64,000 nucleotides of DNA from an uncultured virus (IMG/VR IMGVR_UViG_3300002231_000542) (IMGVR_UViG_3300002231_000542:1-64000); one strand, 5' to 3'. Shown: positions 29,076-39,967, counted from the first letter of the stretch. Numbers and translations are program-made. The notes: generated by a model not told the origin, from the letters alone.

Positions 29076-31299
29076 TACTCTCCAAGTACTGTAAACCTTC
29101 CTCTAATGTAGAGAATAAACCTTCTAACTGAGCTTCAAATAACACTTTAAGAATCTTACCAAATTCAGTAGAAGGTGACATACCTAAGTCTATTAAGTGT
29201 CTACCTAACACTATAGGTTTAATCTCATCTTCTACCTCTTTAGCTTTAAGTAAGATTTCATCTATATATGTTAAATCATTTATGATTTTCCTACCCATTT
29301 TATCAGCTCTGTGGACAACCATCAAATCTTCAATATCTAAAATAACAGCTAACTTTCTAAGAGCTTTCTTATAAATACTATCCATAAGGTCATACGGTCT
29401 CATATGAGCCTTCAATAAAGTAATGACTTCTTGTTTTACATTACTAGGGACAGTTAGTCTATCTAAAAAAGACTCTGCCTTACGTGTATACTGTGCGTGA
29501 CCTTTAAATGATACGTGGTCATCACCTACTGGAGTACCCCCTATAACTGCTTTCCCAGTATCATGTAAAAGTACAGCTAACATCCTAGTTAAAGTTTTAT
29601 CTTCCTTCTTCACACTATCCAAAGCTAACATAGTGTGTTCAAACACATCACCTTCCCTATGGTACCTAGTACCCTGCTTAATACTTCTCAAAACATTAAG
29701 TTCTGGAAATATTACTTCTAAGGCACCTATCTCTTCTAACCATCTAAAACCTCTTGATGGTTCTTCACCAAAAAGAATCTTCTCTATCTCTACAGTAATT
29801 CTTTCCTTTGGTAAGTGCTTTAGTGTATGAACAAATGACTTACATAACTTCGTAGTTTCATCAGCTACTGTCATCTTAAACCTAGAAGCAAACTGAGCTG
29901 CTCTTAAAATCCTTAATGGGTCTTCTACAAAGGTAGTGTCTTTTGTATGCCTAATAACCTTCTGCTTCATATCTGTATTTATAGCATCAAAATGATCTAT
30001 CAATATATTTTCTAATGGATCGTACATTAGCGTATTCATAGTAAAGTCTCTACGAGAACACGCTTTTAATGTAGTTAGTCTACTATCAGTAACTACTATA
30101 AAATCATTATGCTTTTCACCAGTTTTTACTTCAGTTCTAGGAAGAGATATATCAAACTCACCTAACTTTAGAACTCCGAAGTGCTTACCACATTCCTTAA
30201 TAGTTCCTAACTGTTTGAGAATAATACGTAGTTTGTCAAATGCGATACCAAATACTTCAATATCAATATCTTTATGAGTGTCGTCCAGTTCTAGGTACAA
30301 GTCTCTTACGTAACCACCTACAACGTAAGCAGTACCACCATACTCTTTGACGAATCTACATATTTTTAAAAGTTGACGTTTGCATTTTTTAATCTTCTCC
30401 GCACTAGCTATAATATTCTCTAAACACTCTCTTATAACTACTGTTTCATTTTTAACAATAGCTTGTTCTAATGAACCGTAGTGTGCTTCTAGTACATCAT
30501 ATAAAAGCTGTTTTATTTTATCTTCACCTGGTCTGTGTGGTAGTGTAGACGCACTATATGCAGACTCTAAATCTTTCTCTTTAACTGTAAAGTACTCTTG
30601 AATCTTTTCTAAACTCCACTCACCTCTACGAATACTTTTCAATTGCTCTCTATTACGTTCTAAGTCTAAGTCGTGTTCAGTCAGTATTTGCTCAACTTCA
30701 TCTAGTAATCTTACTATATGGTACGCGTACTTTACGTCATAGCCATACTTATCAATAGACTCTTGACGTTCAGGATTCTCACGTACTTGCTTTGAACACT
30801 TATGTAATTGACTAAACGCATATCCTTTAAACTTGTGCCACGCACCTTTATGTAAGAAGATATGCCTATTTTCTCTAACTAATTCACCTACTTCTGTAGA
30901 GAATAGAACACATCTCCTAGGTACAAATAAGCTATCAATCATATTAGGATTGTTATCTGCAACTAACCTGAAGTACTTTACTATATTGTAAATACTTAGG
31001 TCATACTCTTTATCAGTTGATATATCCTTTATGTGATGCTTTTGATACTGATCAAACCTACTCATATCCTTATCAAAACCTTGAATCTTACCAGCTAGAT
31101 GTGGAAATAATGTATGTTTAGGCGGAATACACCAACCCATGACATCAATATCTGAAGTCTCGCCTGAACATCCATAAGCAACAGAACCTGTCTGTACTTC
31201 AAACTGGACACTCTCCCTAATGAACTTAGGTGGAGTTATCAATTGTTTTTTAACTAAAGCACTTGTTATTGATGACATCTTATCTATCCTTTTATCCAT
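29056..31299 (-). CDS. cca: RlaP-like (pol-beta fold) nucleotidyltransferase joined to a CCA-adding enzyme with HD domain (may really be two genes)
   Basis: N-half: GSVAYG...SDID, NNPNMID, YDVKYAYH. C-half: VGGYVRD, DIDIE, RRDFTMN, EDPLRILRA, H.EGDVFEH, LLHD. Confidence 0.85.
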   Translation of the reverse strand: MDKRIDKMSSITSALVKKQLITPPKFIRESVQFEVQTGSVAYGCSGETSDIDVMGWCIPPKHTLFPHLAGKIQGFDKDMSRFDQYQKHHIKDISTDKEYDLSIYNIVKYFRLVADNNPNMIDSLFVPRRCVLFSTEVGELVRENRHIFLHKGAWHKFKGYAFSQLHKCSKQVRENPERQESIDKYGYDVKYAYHIVRLLDEVEQILTEHDLDLERNREQLKSIRRGEWSLEKIQEYFTVKEKDLESAYSASTLPHRPGEDKIKQLLYDVLEAHYGSLEQAIVKNETVVIRECLENIIASAEKIKKCKRQLLKICRFVKEYGGTAYVVGGYVRDLYLELDDTHKDIDIEVFGIAFDKLRIILKQLGTIKECGKHFGVLKLGEFDISLPRTEVKTGEKHNDFIVVTDSRLTTLKACSRRDFTMNTLMYDPLENILIDHFDAINTDMKQKVIRHTKDTTFVEDPLRILRAAQFASRFKMTVADETTKLCKSFVHTLKHLPKERITVEIEKILFGEEPSRGFRWLEEIGALEVIFPELNVLRSIKQGTRYHREGDVFEHTMLALDSVKKEDKTLTRMLAVLLHDTGKAVIGGTPVGDDHVSFKGHAQYTRKAESFLDRLTVPSNVKQEVITLLKAHMRPYDLMDSIYKKALRKLAVILDIEDLMVVHRADKMGRKIINDLTYIDEILLKAKEVEDEIKPIVLGRHLIDLGMSPSTEFGKILKVLFEAQLEGLFSTLEEGLQYLESNGISKL

Positions 31300-31883
31300 T
31301 CAATTTGAGGCGCACCTTTATAGTTCTTATCCCAAACGTACCAAGCATACCCAACTGAACCATCTACTTCACGTTGTTCTTGTTCTACAAAGAAGTTCAA
31401 TCGTTTTGAAAATACGTACACACATTTAAATGGAAACTCTGTATCCTTCCACATCGGGTACTTTTTCTTACCTTCTAAAAACGATAGTTTAGATAAGAAG
31501 GCAATCTTCCTTGTAGCCGTTGACTTAGCTTTTTCTATGAAATCCCTCATATAAATATATGGAGGATTAGTTATAATATTATCTACTTCAAAATCAGTGT
31601 CTGTGTGTAGAAAATCTAAATCTCCTTCACCATAACAGTTCTCTCTAATATCACTAGAATAACATTCATTATAATTCTCTATTACTCTACTCATTACTCC
31701 TTGCCCTGAAGCAGGTTCCCATACATCACCTTCAAATGATTCTCTCTCAAACAAGGATTCTACTGCATGTGCTGGCGATGAGAAGAAGTCTCTCACAGCC
31801 ACATTCTTACCATATGCTAGTACTTCACCTGTATGTTTTGGTTTCTTAAATTTAAAAAATGACATATATTTACTCCACCGCAC
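31284..31883 (-). CDS. Small N6-adenine DNA methyltransferase
   Basis: WEPASGQG, DFL, IITNPPY, YAWYVW. Confidence 0.85.
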   Translation of the reverse strand: MRWSKYMSFFKFKKPKHTGEVLAYGKNVAVRDFFSSPAHAVESLFERESFEGDVWEPASGQGVMSRVIENYNECYSSDIRENCYGEGDLDFLHTDTDFEVDNIITNPPYIYMRDFIEKAKSTATRKIAFLSKLSFLEGKKKYPMWKDTEFPFKCVYVFSKRLNFFVEQEQREVDGSVGYAWYVWDKNYKGAPQIEWIKG

Positions 31884-32992
31884 TTATTAGATGTTTAAAG
31901 CCGCCAGCCTCACCATAAAATAAGTACTCCTCGCCTCTCTTAACAATAGAAAACTTCTCAACTATCTTTAAGGCTCTTTTAAGTAGTAGACAGCTCATCA
32001 TAAACTCACCTTCAGGAAAATCATCAACTTCAATATAATCCTCAACAACCCCAACTACTTCTGGAATAGCCATATCATCTTCTAACATACCGTACCCTTG
32101 AGATACAGTATTAAACGTAATCTTATCATCAGCTATCTTTAGAGTAATATCTTTAACTCCATCATGTGCCTTGATTAAGAAAGAACGATTTTACAATTTC
32201 CTTAAATAAGTCAGATACATCACACAGATTCTCTGTTGTATTTGCATCTATAGTTTCTTGGAAATCAATAGGGTTATCTGGGTCTTCATCTTCTCTAAAA
32301 TCAGTTATTGAAGTCTTCAATGAACCTATATCTCCATAATGAACTTCAACTGAGTACTCATTAGAGTCAATACATTTTAGAATAGTTAAGTTAATATCTT
32401 CCTTTTTAAAGACATTGAACCAGTTAATAACCATCTCACAGAATAACTTAGGCATTAAAAACTCACCATTCTCACAGTTTATTTCTCTACTATCAACAAA
32501 TGAGCTAATGCTCGTTGAGTTAGTAGAGAATAGTCTTAACATACCATCTGTTATATCTAATATGACACCTGATTCTACAATATGAGAATAACTATCTGTA
32601 ACTGAGTTTAAACAACCAGATAGACCCTTTACAAACTCTCCAGTAAGTTCTATTGTAGAGACTATTTCTTCCTCTTCAAACTCATGAGGAAAATCATCAG
32701 GTGACATAGTAGATAACTGTAACTTAGACGACCTTCCAGCTTTTACCTTCAATACTGAAGATACCAGCTCTAGGTCTATCTCTGGAGTATTATAACTCTT
32801 CATAAGTGATAAAAGCATAGCACCATCTACACAGAAGTTACTACCTACATCTACATTAACCCTAGCTGCTTGAACTCCATTGTACGCCAGTGCTTCCCCA
32901 TCTTTAATACAGAAATTCTTTAGAATTTCTGGTACTTCTGAAGTTGACTTCTTTATTAAGTCTAACTTATTAATTATTTGATTTCTATCCAA
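31870..32992 (-). CDS. dnaN: Sliding clamp (DNA pol III beta-like), split by a +1 error near 32190
   Basis: ORFs 32162..32992 and 31870..32088 join into ~373 aa on removing one A. Clamp-like pattern EILKNFCI..AYNG...DDFP; dnaX is nearby. Confidence 0.7.
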
Positions 32993-33016
32993 ACTTACTC
33001 TCCTATTTTTAGATAA

Positions 33017-33122
33017 TTCATGCGGTGATGGAGGTAGTTTAATTACTACCTATACCGCTAAGCCTTTATGTGTTTTCCGCCATATGCGCTCTAATTTTTG
33101 AGCTATCCCATCACCGCATGAA
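33017..33122 (-). ncRNA. tRNA-like RNA with a 15-bp extended terminal stem
   Basis: TTCATGCGGTGATGG/CCATCACCGCATGAA; D arm TAGCTCAAAAATTAGAGC; T-position hairpin GGTAG..CTACC. Confidence 0.5.
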
Positions 33123-33137
33123 ACTGTTACTCTAAAT

Positions 33138-33239
33138 TGGTGGTAGGTGGAGATGTGATCATCACATCTCCGTCGGCTACTTCTAGTTCAGCTTTATCCC
33201 TCGTCGGGAGCATTCCGTCGTCTTCACCTTAGACCTACC
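33138..33239 (-). ncRNA. CCA-terminated tRNA/tmRNA-TLD-like RNA
   Basis: GGTAGGT/ACCTACC-ACCA acceptor; GGAGATGTGA/TCACATCTCC hairpin at the T position; no D stem. Confidence 0.5.
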
Positions 33240-33244
33240 ATAAA

Positions 33245-33646
33245 CTATTTCTTATGTATCTCATCTAACATTATGTGGTTGTAAGTTCTAAGTACAGAAC
33301 TTACTAACTGAATAGTAGCTACTTGTCCGCCGCATCCCATTTCCAGTAAAATCTGCCTTACACTATAAGTATCCAAATAAGGATTATCAAGCTGTACCTT
33401 TATGATACTGCCTATAGCGGTTTGATATTCATATTTCTTATACTTCTCAGGAACTGAAGATTTACCTTCAGCTACATCCTTATCAAATTGTTCTTTGACA
33501 TCTACTAACGTTGTAGATAGATGGTCTTTCTCAGTCACTCGGTTATGTGAATTACCTACACGAGTACTTTCTAAATTATCAAATATATCTAAATCTCCGC
33601 TAGGAAACTCATATTCTTCTTCATCACTATCAAATATATCGTCCAT
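33245..33646 (-). CDS. Hypothetical protein with acidic N-terminus
   Basis: 133 aa, RBS AGGAG. Confidence 0.6.
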   Translation of the reverse strand: MDDIFDSDEEEYEFPSGDLDIFDNLESTRVGNSHNRVTEKDHLSTTLVDVKEQFDKDVAEGKSSVPEKYKKYEYQTAIGSIIKVQLDNPYLDTYSVRQILLEMGCGGQVATIQLVSSVLRTYNHIMLDEIHKK

Positions 33647-33872
33647 GTAAACTCCTATAACTTAATAAAAACTATAAACAATAGGATTACTAATACTATG
33701 CACTCTGTCTACATTAATACCTCCTAATCAAAAATAAAATCCCATCAAGTGATTCTTCCACCTGTACCCATATCTAATACCAACAAGCCACCAGCCTTGA
33801 TCTAACATCGTGGCTACCTTCTCTGGGTCTATTATCCAAATAAATACTGAACTATTATTATCTGGATTCACT

Positions 33873-34136
33873 TTAGATGTCATTAATATCGACATGTTTT
33901 AATATATCCTGTATTGAAAATTCTGGAATCAATGCCACTAACTTCATTACTGTTTTGTAGCCTACATTATCATCTACCAATCTCGATATTGTTGGTTTAC
34001 TTAGAACGTCTTTAGCTATTAATTCAGCTTCATTCCAGTCCACCTCTGCCAATTTCTCTAATAGTAGTAGTCCAAAGCCTACTATAAACTTCTCTTTAGC
34101 TTTCTGGATACTACCTCCACCACCATTCTTCGCCAT
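33873..34136 (-). CDS. Small possible HTH regulator
   Basis: AELIAKDVLSKPTISRLV resembles an Xre/Cro HTH; RBS GAGGAG. Confidence 0.45.
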   Translation of the reverse strand: MAKNGGGGSIQKAKEKFIVGFGLLLLEKLAEVDWNEAELIAKDVLSKPTISRLVDDNVGYKTVMKLVALIPEFSIQDILKHVDINDI

Positions 34137-34290
34137 TATTTACTCCTCAGTTTTATTTCTAAAGTAAGTACGTATAATCATCAAGTACTTACCAAGCTTT
34201 TATATCACATAAATAGAAGTTACTAAAACATGTTCCTTTAAATTTATTTATAATTTCCATAACTTACCACCTTTAAATAAAAATACTGTT

Positions 34291-34344
34291 TACTTAATAA
34301 AACCATACTAACATATTTAATTTTAAAAGTCAATATAATTTTTA
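34291..34344 (-). promoter_or_regulatory. 54-bp repeated promoter, copy 2 (overlaps the primase 3' end)
   Basis: Identical to 25272..25325. Confidence 0.8.
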
Positions 34345-35309
34345 TTTAATTTTAAAATATTTATTTTATTTAGTTCGGCTGGATCATTAAACCCTTTAGG
34401 AAGTTCTTGAATCTCGATAGGAAGCCCTAGTAGATCAGTATAAATCTCTAACGCTTGTAATTGAGCATCTCTGTCAAGAAGTATAACTAACTTCTTAAAT
34501 TTAACACTCAATCGTTGAAGTAACATAGTCTGTGACTCTGTCACTGTTTTTGTGAAGATACATGTAGCTCTACTTCCCTTTGGTAAGTAGTACTCCATTT
34601 TTAGACAATCAAATATTCCCTCTGTTATATAGAGAACATCCCCACCAGTCTCAAAGAGTTCATCAAAATTATACAGTGTATGTTTTACGTGTCGTATTGA
34701 CTCATCTTTACTCAAATCTATATATGGAATAGCTTGATTATTCTTTATAGTTCTAGTCTGCCATGTAACTAATTCACCAGCGTAGTACATAGGGAAGATT
34801 AGTCTGTTTGGGTATCGTCCTAAAATACAAGCTTGTATTTTACGTTCATCTAAAAACTTTATTAACTTAGTACTACCTATAAAGCCCCTATTTACAAAAT
34901 AATTTAAGAAAGGTAGTGTAGCACCTGCCTTGACTATTTTACGTGCATTTTCAGGCATCCTCAGCTTTGTAATAGCCTTATTTACTGTAGTGGTCTCAGT
35001 AAGAACAGCACTAATTTGGTTAAGCAGCTCATCTATCTCTGGAACTATGTCACTATTCTTTAAGAGTTCTTCAGCTTCAAAACTACTAACACCTAAGAGA
35101 TGTTTCACTAACTTAGCAAACTTTCCACCTCTGTGAGTTGAATCTCTCCAACAGCCCCACTGTCCAGTCTCAGGGTCTATCCCCATATGTTCAGAATGAT
35201 CATCAAAGCATAGAGGGCATTTCACATTTATGTTATCACTTTTTACATTACCACCTTCTGTTATGTAAAAAATGTTATGATTAGTTAAAAATTCCTCTAT
35301 GTTAACCAT
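34323..35309 (-). CDS. dnaG: DNA primase (Zn finger + TOPRIM)
   Basis: CPLC..H..CWR, RLIFP, ITEGIFD, LDRDA, NDPAE. Confidence 0.88.
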   Translation of the reverse strand: MVNIEEFLTNHNIFYITEGGNVKSDNINVKCPLCFDDHSEHMGIDPETGQWGCWRDSTHRGGKFAKLVKHLLGVSSFEAEELLKNSDIVPEIDELLNQISAVLTETTTVNKAITKLRMPENARKIVKAGATLPFLNYFVNRGFIGSTKLIKFLDERKIQACILGRYPNRLIFPMYYAGELVTWQTRTIKNNQAIPYIDLSKDESIRHVKHTLYNFDELFETGGDVLYITEGIFDCLKMEYYLPKGSRATCIFTKTVTESQTMLLQRLSVKFKKLVILLDRDAQLQALEIYTDLLGLPIEIQELPKGFNDPAELNKINILKLNKNYIDF

Positions 35310-35312
35310 AAT

Positions 35313-35570
35313 CTATACTCCACCTGGATCACAATCGTCATGGTCAGCCCACTGATCTACTCCAGTTTCTTCAAACCTTCTGTTAGCTTCTAAATTAGTG
35401 AGGTCTTTTCCAGGCCATCCTCGTCCTTTTAAAACAAAGGAAGTTTTACTGATTAACCTCTCAACTTCCCCCGCACAGGTCGGGCAGACCTTCAGCGGTT
35501 CTGCTGTAATCTTCTGGAACTCTTCAAATTCCAGACCGCATTCAATACAGCCATATTCATACATTGGCAT
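35313..35570 (-). CDS. FmdB-family zinc-ribbon protein
   Basis: [14 protein letters not shown]...CPTC...RLIS..FVLKG.GW. Confidence 0.88.
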   Translation of the reverse strand: MPMYEYGCIECGLEFEEFQKITAEPLKVCPTCAGEVERLISKTSFVLKGRGWPGKDLTNLEANRRFEETGVDQWADHDDCDPGGV

Positions 35571-35573
35571 TAC

Positions 35574-35843
35574 TTAATACTCCTTTAATGAAGCTACATA
35601 AGTATGTAGCTTCCTATTTACATGATCAATTACTTCTGCATCATCATTCCAAGTATTCCCTATACCGATTATCTGACTAGCTATTTTTTGATGTCTAGTT
35701 CTTTGTTGGTACTCAAACAAAATCTGGTGGGCTACTTCATCATGCGTGAAATTCTTTATATTTACATCATAATGCTCTTTAGCCGCGGCTAAAACAGCGT
35801 CAGTAAACTGTTCTACAAAATCGTCATAATCTTTAAATTGCAT
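35574..35843 (-). CDS. Hypothetical protein
   Basis: 89-aa ORF in the operon. Confidence 0.55.
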   Translation of the reverse strand: MQFKDYDDFVEQFTDAVLAAAKEHYDVNIKNFTHDEVAHQILFEYQQRTRHQKIASQIIGIGNTWNDDAEVIDHVNRKLHTYVASLKEY

Positions 35844-36417
35844 TATCTATATACTCCAATTTTTTATAAATAGTATCGCCGCCACACCTGATACTCTTCT
35901 CTTTCGCACAATTAACTGCTATTTTCAATAAATTACGTGGCTCTACTGAACGCGTACCATAAATATGAAGATGCGCATACATAGCTCCAAATGCGAACTC
36001 AGAACCTGAACCCACAGCGGCGTATTTATCATACATGAGAGTAGCTGTGCATGTACAGTCTATATTATAGAGATTTCCTCTGTACCCCACAAGTAACTCT
36101 GAGTACCCTCTAATCTTATCACCATTTTCATCAAATATACCATTATTATCTTTCAAACATTTTTCAAGGTGTTCCATAAAAATAGAATTTATAAAATCTA
36201 AATCAGTACCTTCTGCAGAATCAGGTTGTCCTGGAGGTACGAAGTTATTCTTTAAAATTAAAAATGTTTTAAATGCACCTGTGGCACCTATTAAAAAATT
36301 ATTCTTTTTAAAAATTTTATCAACTCCCATAGTACTTATANCACCATTCGTTACTTGGCTATCCGCCGCCATATGAATAGTCTTATCTTTATCTACAAAA
36401 CCAGCTACTACTGTCAT
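35833..36417 (-). CDS. Ntn-hydrolase threonine peptidase (HslV / proteasome-beta-like)
   Basis: M-T-VVAG (Thr1 nucleophile), MAADSQ, DKIF, IGATG, AVGSGS..AFGA, CGG. Confidence 0.8.
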   Translation of the reverse strand: MTVVAGFVDKDKTIHMAADSQVTNGXISTMGVDKIFKKNNFLIGATGAFKTFLILKNNFVPPGQPDSAEGTDLDFINSIFMEHLEKCLKDNNGIFDENGDKIRGYSELLVGYRGNLYNIDCTCTATLMYDKYAAVGSGSEFAFGAMYAHLHIYGTRSVEPRNLLKIAVNCAKEKSIRCGGDTIYKKLEYIDNAI

Positions 36418-36535
36418 ACTCTCTCCTCACTGTTCCTTTTTAATTTCCATTGAAAGAACTCTACCCAACAACCATTTTCTATCTTCGCAAGTGTGAATCT
36501 TTATCAGGCTTAACTTTAATGTATTTGTACTTTTT

Positions 36536-38991
36536 TCATATTGAACACTTACCACCTTTACCACAATTCATACAAGAGTAACAACCGCCATGCTTAACTA
36601 GTATTTCACCACAATACTCACATTTTCAGTTGTTCACCAACACTTTCCAAAATTAACCTACTGTACTTCTTTAATACATTACCTAGAGCGTTACAGTACT
36701 TATTCTCTTCACTAGGTAGTTTCTGTAAAGTCTGAATGAGGTAATCAATAGGTGCACCATGTCTTAAGTTACTAGATATTAATCTAGTAATCATCTCAAC
36801 TTCATTAGATATATCAGCTACGATATTATCTATTAAAACTTCACCATCTTTAATTACTGAATACTTACGTTTGCTGTTCTTCTTAATCACAGCAGTACCA
36901 GGAAGCTTAACATCAGTATCTACGATAAACATCTCATAAGGTTTATCTTCCATAAGTCCTACTAATACTTTATGTTTGAACGTATTGAACACTTCACACG
37001 GTAGCGTCTTAGGACGCTTAGGTGCGTGTGCTAATTTTACCTCAGTAGGTCTATGTGTATCTACTTCAGAGATTACCACTTCTTTCTCTTTTGGTGTCTT
37101 AGGAAACTCAAATATGAGTATACCTTCCCTACAACCATCTCTATAGATTGACATAGCTTTTAATTTCTGCTCATAAGCTTTTATGTATAACTTCTCAATA
37201 TCATCAACTAAGTAATCTTTAGGTAAGTTAAATAGTCACTGATATAGCGGCATCAACATACTTCTGTACTCTACTCATCATATCTACTTTCTTAAAAGGG
37301 TCTATCTCATATGCTGTTCTTAACTGTTCTGGTTTGATATATAGATCAATTATACTAATCAATTCTTTACCAACCTTACCATTATTATCTAGAACCGAAC
37401 CTGGAAACTCTGATATAATCCTTTTATGTTCTATCTCCACTGCCACATTTGCAGAACCATAAATATCTATGTGGTCGTCAATAGCTTCCAATACCAGTTT
37501 CTTTACTGTCTCAGGAATTCTAAAGTAGTAGTCATAATAGTTACCTTTAGATAACGCTCTAGTTTTTTGCCAGTAATAACGACCTATTAAAGGTTCTATT
37601 CCTGTACTTAATATATCATCACTAAAGGTTAACGATAGTGAACCTGTAGGTGCCACTGATAATAAAGAGCTATTCCTTAAACCCGTACTTCTATACTCAT
37701 CTCTTAATTCAGGGAACTCATCGAAGAATCTAGTTAGAAACTTAGTTTCCATTTCCTCATGATTACTTATTTTCTGCCAAGCAGGGCAAGCTCCTCTTTC
37801 TTTAGCTAAGTCTAAAGAAGCTGTAAATGCCCAGTAGAATAATACTCTAAAGAAGTACTCTATAGCGTCTACACCTTCATCTGAATCATACCCGAACCCT
37901 TGTTTGTATACCCATGCATGAAGATTAGTAACCCCAATCCCTACTTGACGTAAATCTTCTACTGACTTATACTGTGCCATTAATGGCGACTTATGCGTAT
38001 TATTAAGCTCATATTGTGCTACGTTATCTAAAAATCGTATTAATGAGTATGCTGTCTCTTTTATATAATCATTGAAATCTTCATCATCAATAGCTGGAAC
38101 CTTTCCTACATTGATAGATGAAAGTAGACACACACCATTCTTTGGTAATGGAGCTTCTGAACAAGCATTTGTAGCTACGATAGGGTACCCCATAGCTTCT
38201 AATATACTATACTGTTTCATTAAGTCAATGAACTGTACTCCTGGCTCTGCTGTTGCATGAGAATGCTCTGCAATCATTCTCATTAACTTCCTAGCTTTAA
38301 TAGTTTTTTCTATCAAATCTCCATCTTCAATTTGAAAACTCATAGTCCAGTCAGTATCATCTGTTACTGCTTCCATGAAATCATCAGTAATCTGTACTGA
38401 GATATTAGCGTTATTAATTACATTTATATCATCTTTACAAGAAATAAACTCCTCAATATCAGGATGAGTTACTTTTAAAGAAAATAAAATAGCTGGTATC
38501 CTTCCTCTCTGACCAACAGTCTTACCTAAATTATCATAAAGTTTCATCCAGTTTATAGCTCCTTCTGAAACTTCAGCCGCATTATTAATAAAGCTACCTT
38601 TAGGTCTGGTATTAGAAAAATCTACACCTACACCTTGTCTATAAGCTGCTATCTTACCACAGTTGTAAAATACTTCAAAGATAGATTCTAGACTATCTTC
38701 TTCAATAATATCAGCTGTGCAGTTGAAGTTACTGATATGTTTTTCTGGGTTATTAGTAGATGCTGTAATAGAACCACCTGGTCTCCATTTATCATCTAAT
38801 AATTCTTGAGTCCATCGCTCTGTCCAGTAGTCTCTTTCTTTCTCATCATTATATAATGAGTTACTTATTTCACTGGCGATACGATTAAAACACTCATCTA
38901 CACTTTCACCACTCTTAGCATACTTAGCTTTAAAAATATCTACTTTTACTTCATCATTGTTAAAAAATTCTTCAGGTGTTATTTTACTCAA
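36536..38991 (-). CDS. nrdJ: Class II (B12-dependent) ribonucleotide reductase; +1 errors near 37230 and 36622
   Basis: PGGSI, FNC, GVGVDFS..RPKG, NANISV, EPG, TNACSE, R.VGIGV, RNS...VAPTGS, GIEP, AISVT, IYRDG; the corrected C-terminus has a Cys ribbon. No nrdB in the window. Confidence 0.88.
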
Positions 38992-39739
38992 ATTTCCTAT
39001 TCTCCTTTATATAATAACCATAGTAATCTCCCCTATCATACATCTTCAATCTATTTTCATCTAACCCAAGCTCATAAGCTGAATTAACCTTTTGTATTCT
39101 ACTATAAAAATCTAGTATCTGTGTCCCTAAGATTCTTTTCAGCTCTTGTATAGACCTAGTTACTACATAATTCATACCAAGACTATACCAATTATAATTG
39201 GCGTCAGCGTAGTTGTCTTCCTCTCCAGTTACGTAATTTTTTCCGTCCATTTCGTACCTATACGATTTTTTAAATTTGTTGGTGTGAAAACAGTCTATCT
39301 GCACATCTCTGCAAGATACAAATATATCTTTAACTGTACCTACACAAACATCTACCTCAGGTAGGAAACAAGACCTATACCAATACAAAGTATCTCCCTT
39401 TTCGTAGGGTTTATCTGTACTATGTAGTTTATTGTGCAGTCCATCAGTAGTATCAAACACCCATTCACCCTTTTCTAGAATCTTAATAGTCTCTAGGCAT
39501 TCAGCTTTAAGTTGCTCTTTACACTCTGCTATAGTTTTCTTAGATAAATTTTGAAGATTTGGGTATACCAACGATTGATTAACACTAGTAGTATCGCCCA
39601 AAGGTAGAATGCTTACATAGTCTAATTTTACGGAATATTCTAAATTATAGTCAGCATCATATCTAGCATCTAATAAAGGAGATATTGAAGATACTTTAAA
39701 TCCTTTAATTTCCCAACCAGTCCTAGCACTCCCAACCAC
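38984..39739 (-). CDS. Hypothetical protein (start probably slightly further upstream)
   Basis: 251-aa ORF; the frame continues upstream as KYKIGDVVYR. Confidence 0.55.
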   Translation of the reverse strand: MVGSARTGWEIKGFKVSSISPLLDARYDADYNLEYSVKLDYVSILPLGDTTSVNQSLVYPNLQNLSKKTIAECKEQLKAECLETIKILEKGEWVFDTTDGLHNKLHSTDKPYEKGDTLYWYRSCFLPEVDVCVGTVKDIFVSCRDVQIDCFHTNKFKKSYRYEMDGKNYVTGEEDNYADANYNWYSLGMNYVVTRSIQELKRILGTQILDFYSRIQKVNSAYELGLDENRLKMYDRGDYYGYYIKENRKFE

Positions 39740-39967
39740 CCTGTAAACAACATCACCTATTTTATACTTCGTTATTTTATCCAGCTGACCATCCTCCTTT
39801 AGTGTATTGTAATTGATTTGTCTGGATATAAATATCTATAAGTAAAAACTTCTTTACCATCAACAATCTCTATACCAGTTATTTGAACTATGTCCCCGTT
39901 TCCATCTTCTAGATATGTTCCAATCAGATCTTCTGATATTTCTACTTCATCACTCAAAGTTAGTCTC

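Noticed and set aside
26617..38991. Stop-codon reassignment or introns/inteins explaining the interrupted polA and nrdJ
   Set aside because: The breaks change frame rather than reading through in-frame stops, no extra sequence is inserted, and no suppressor tRNA is seen.
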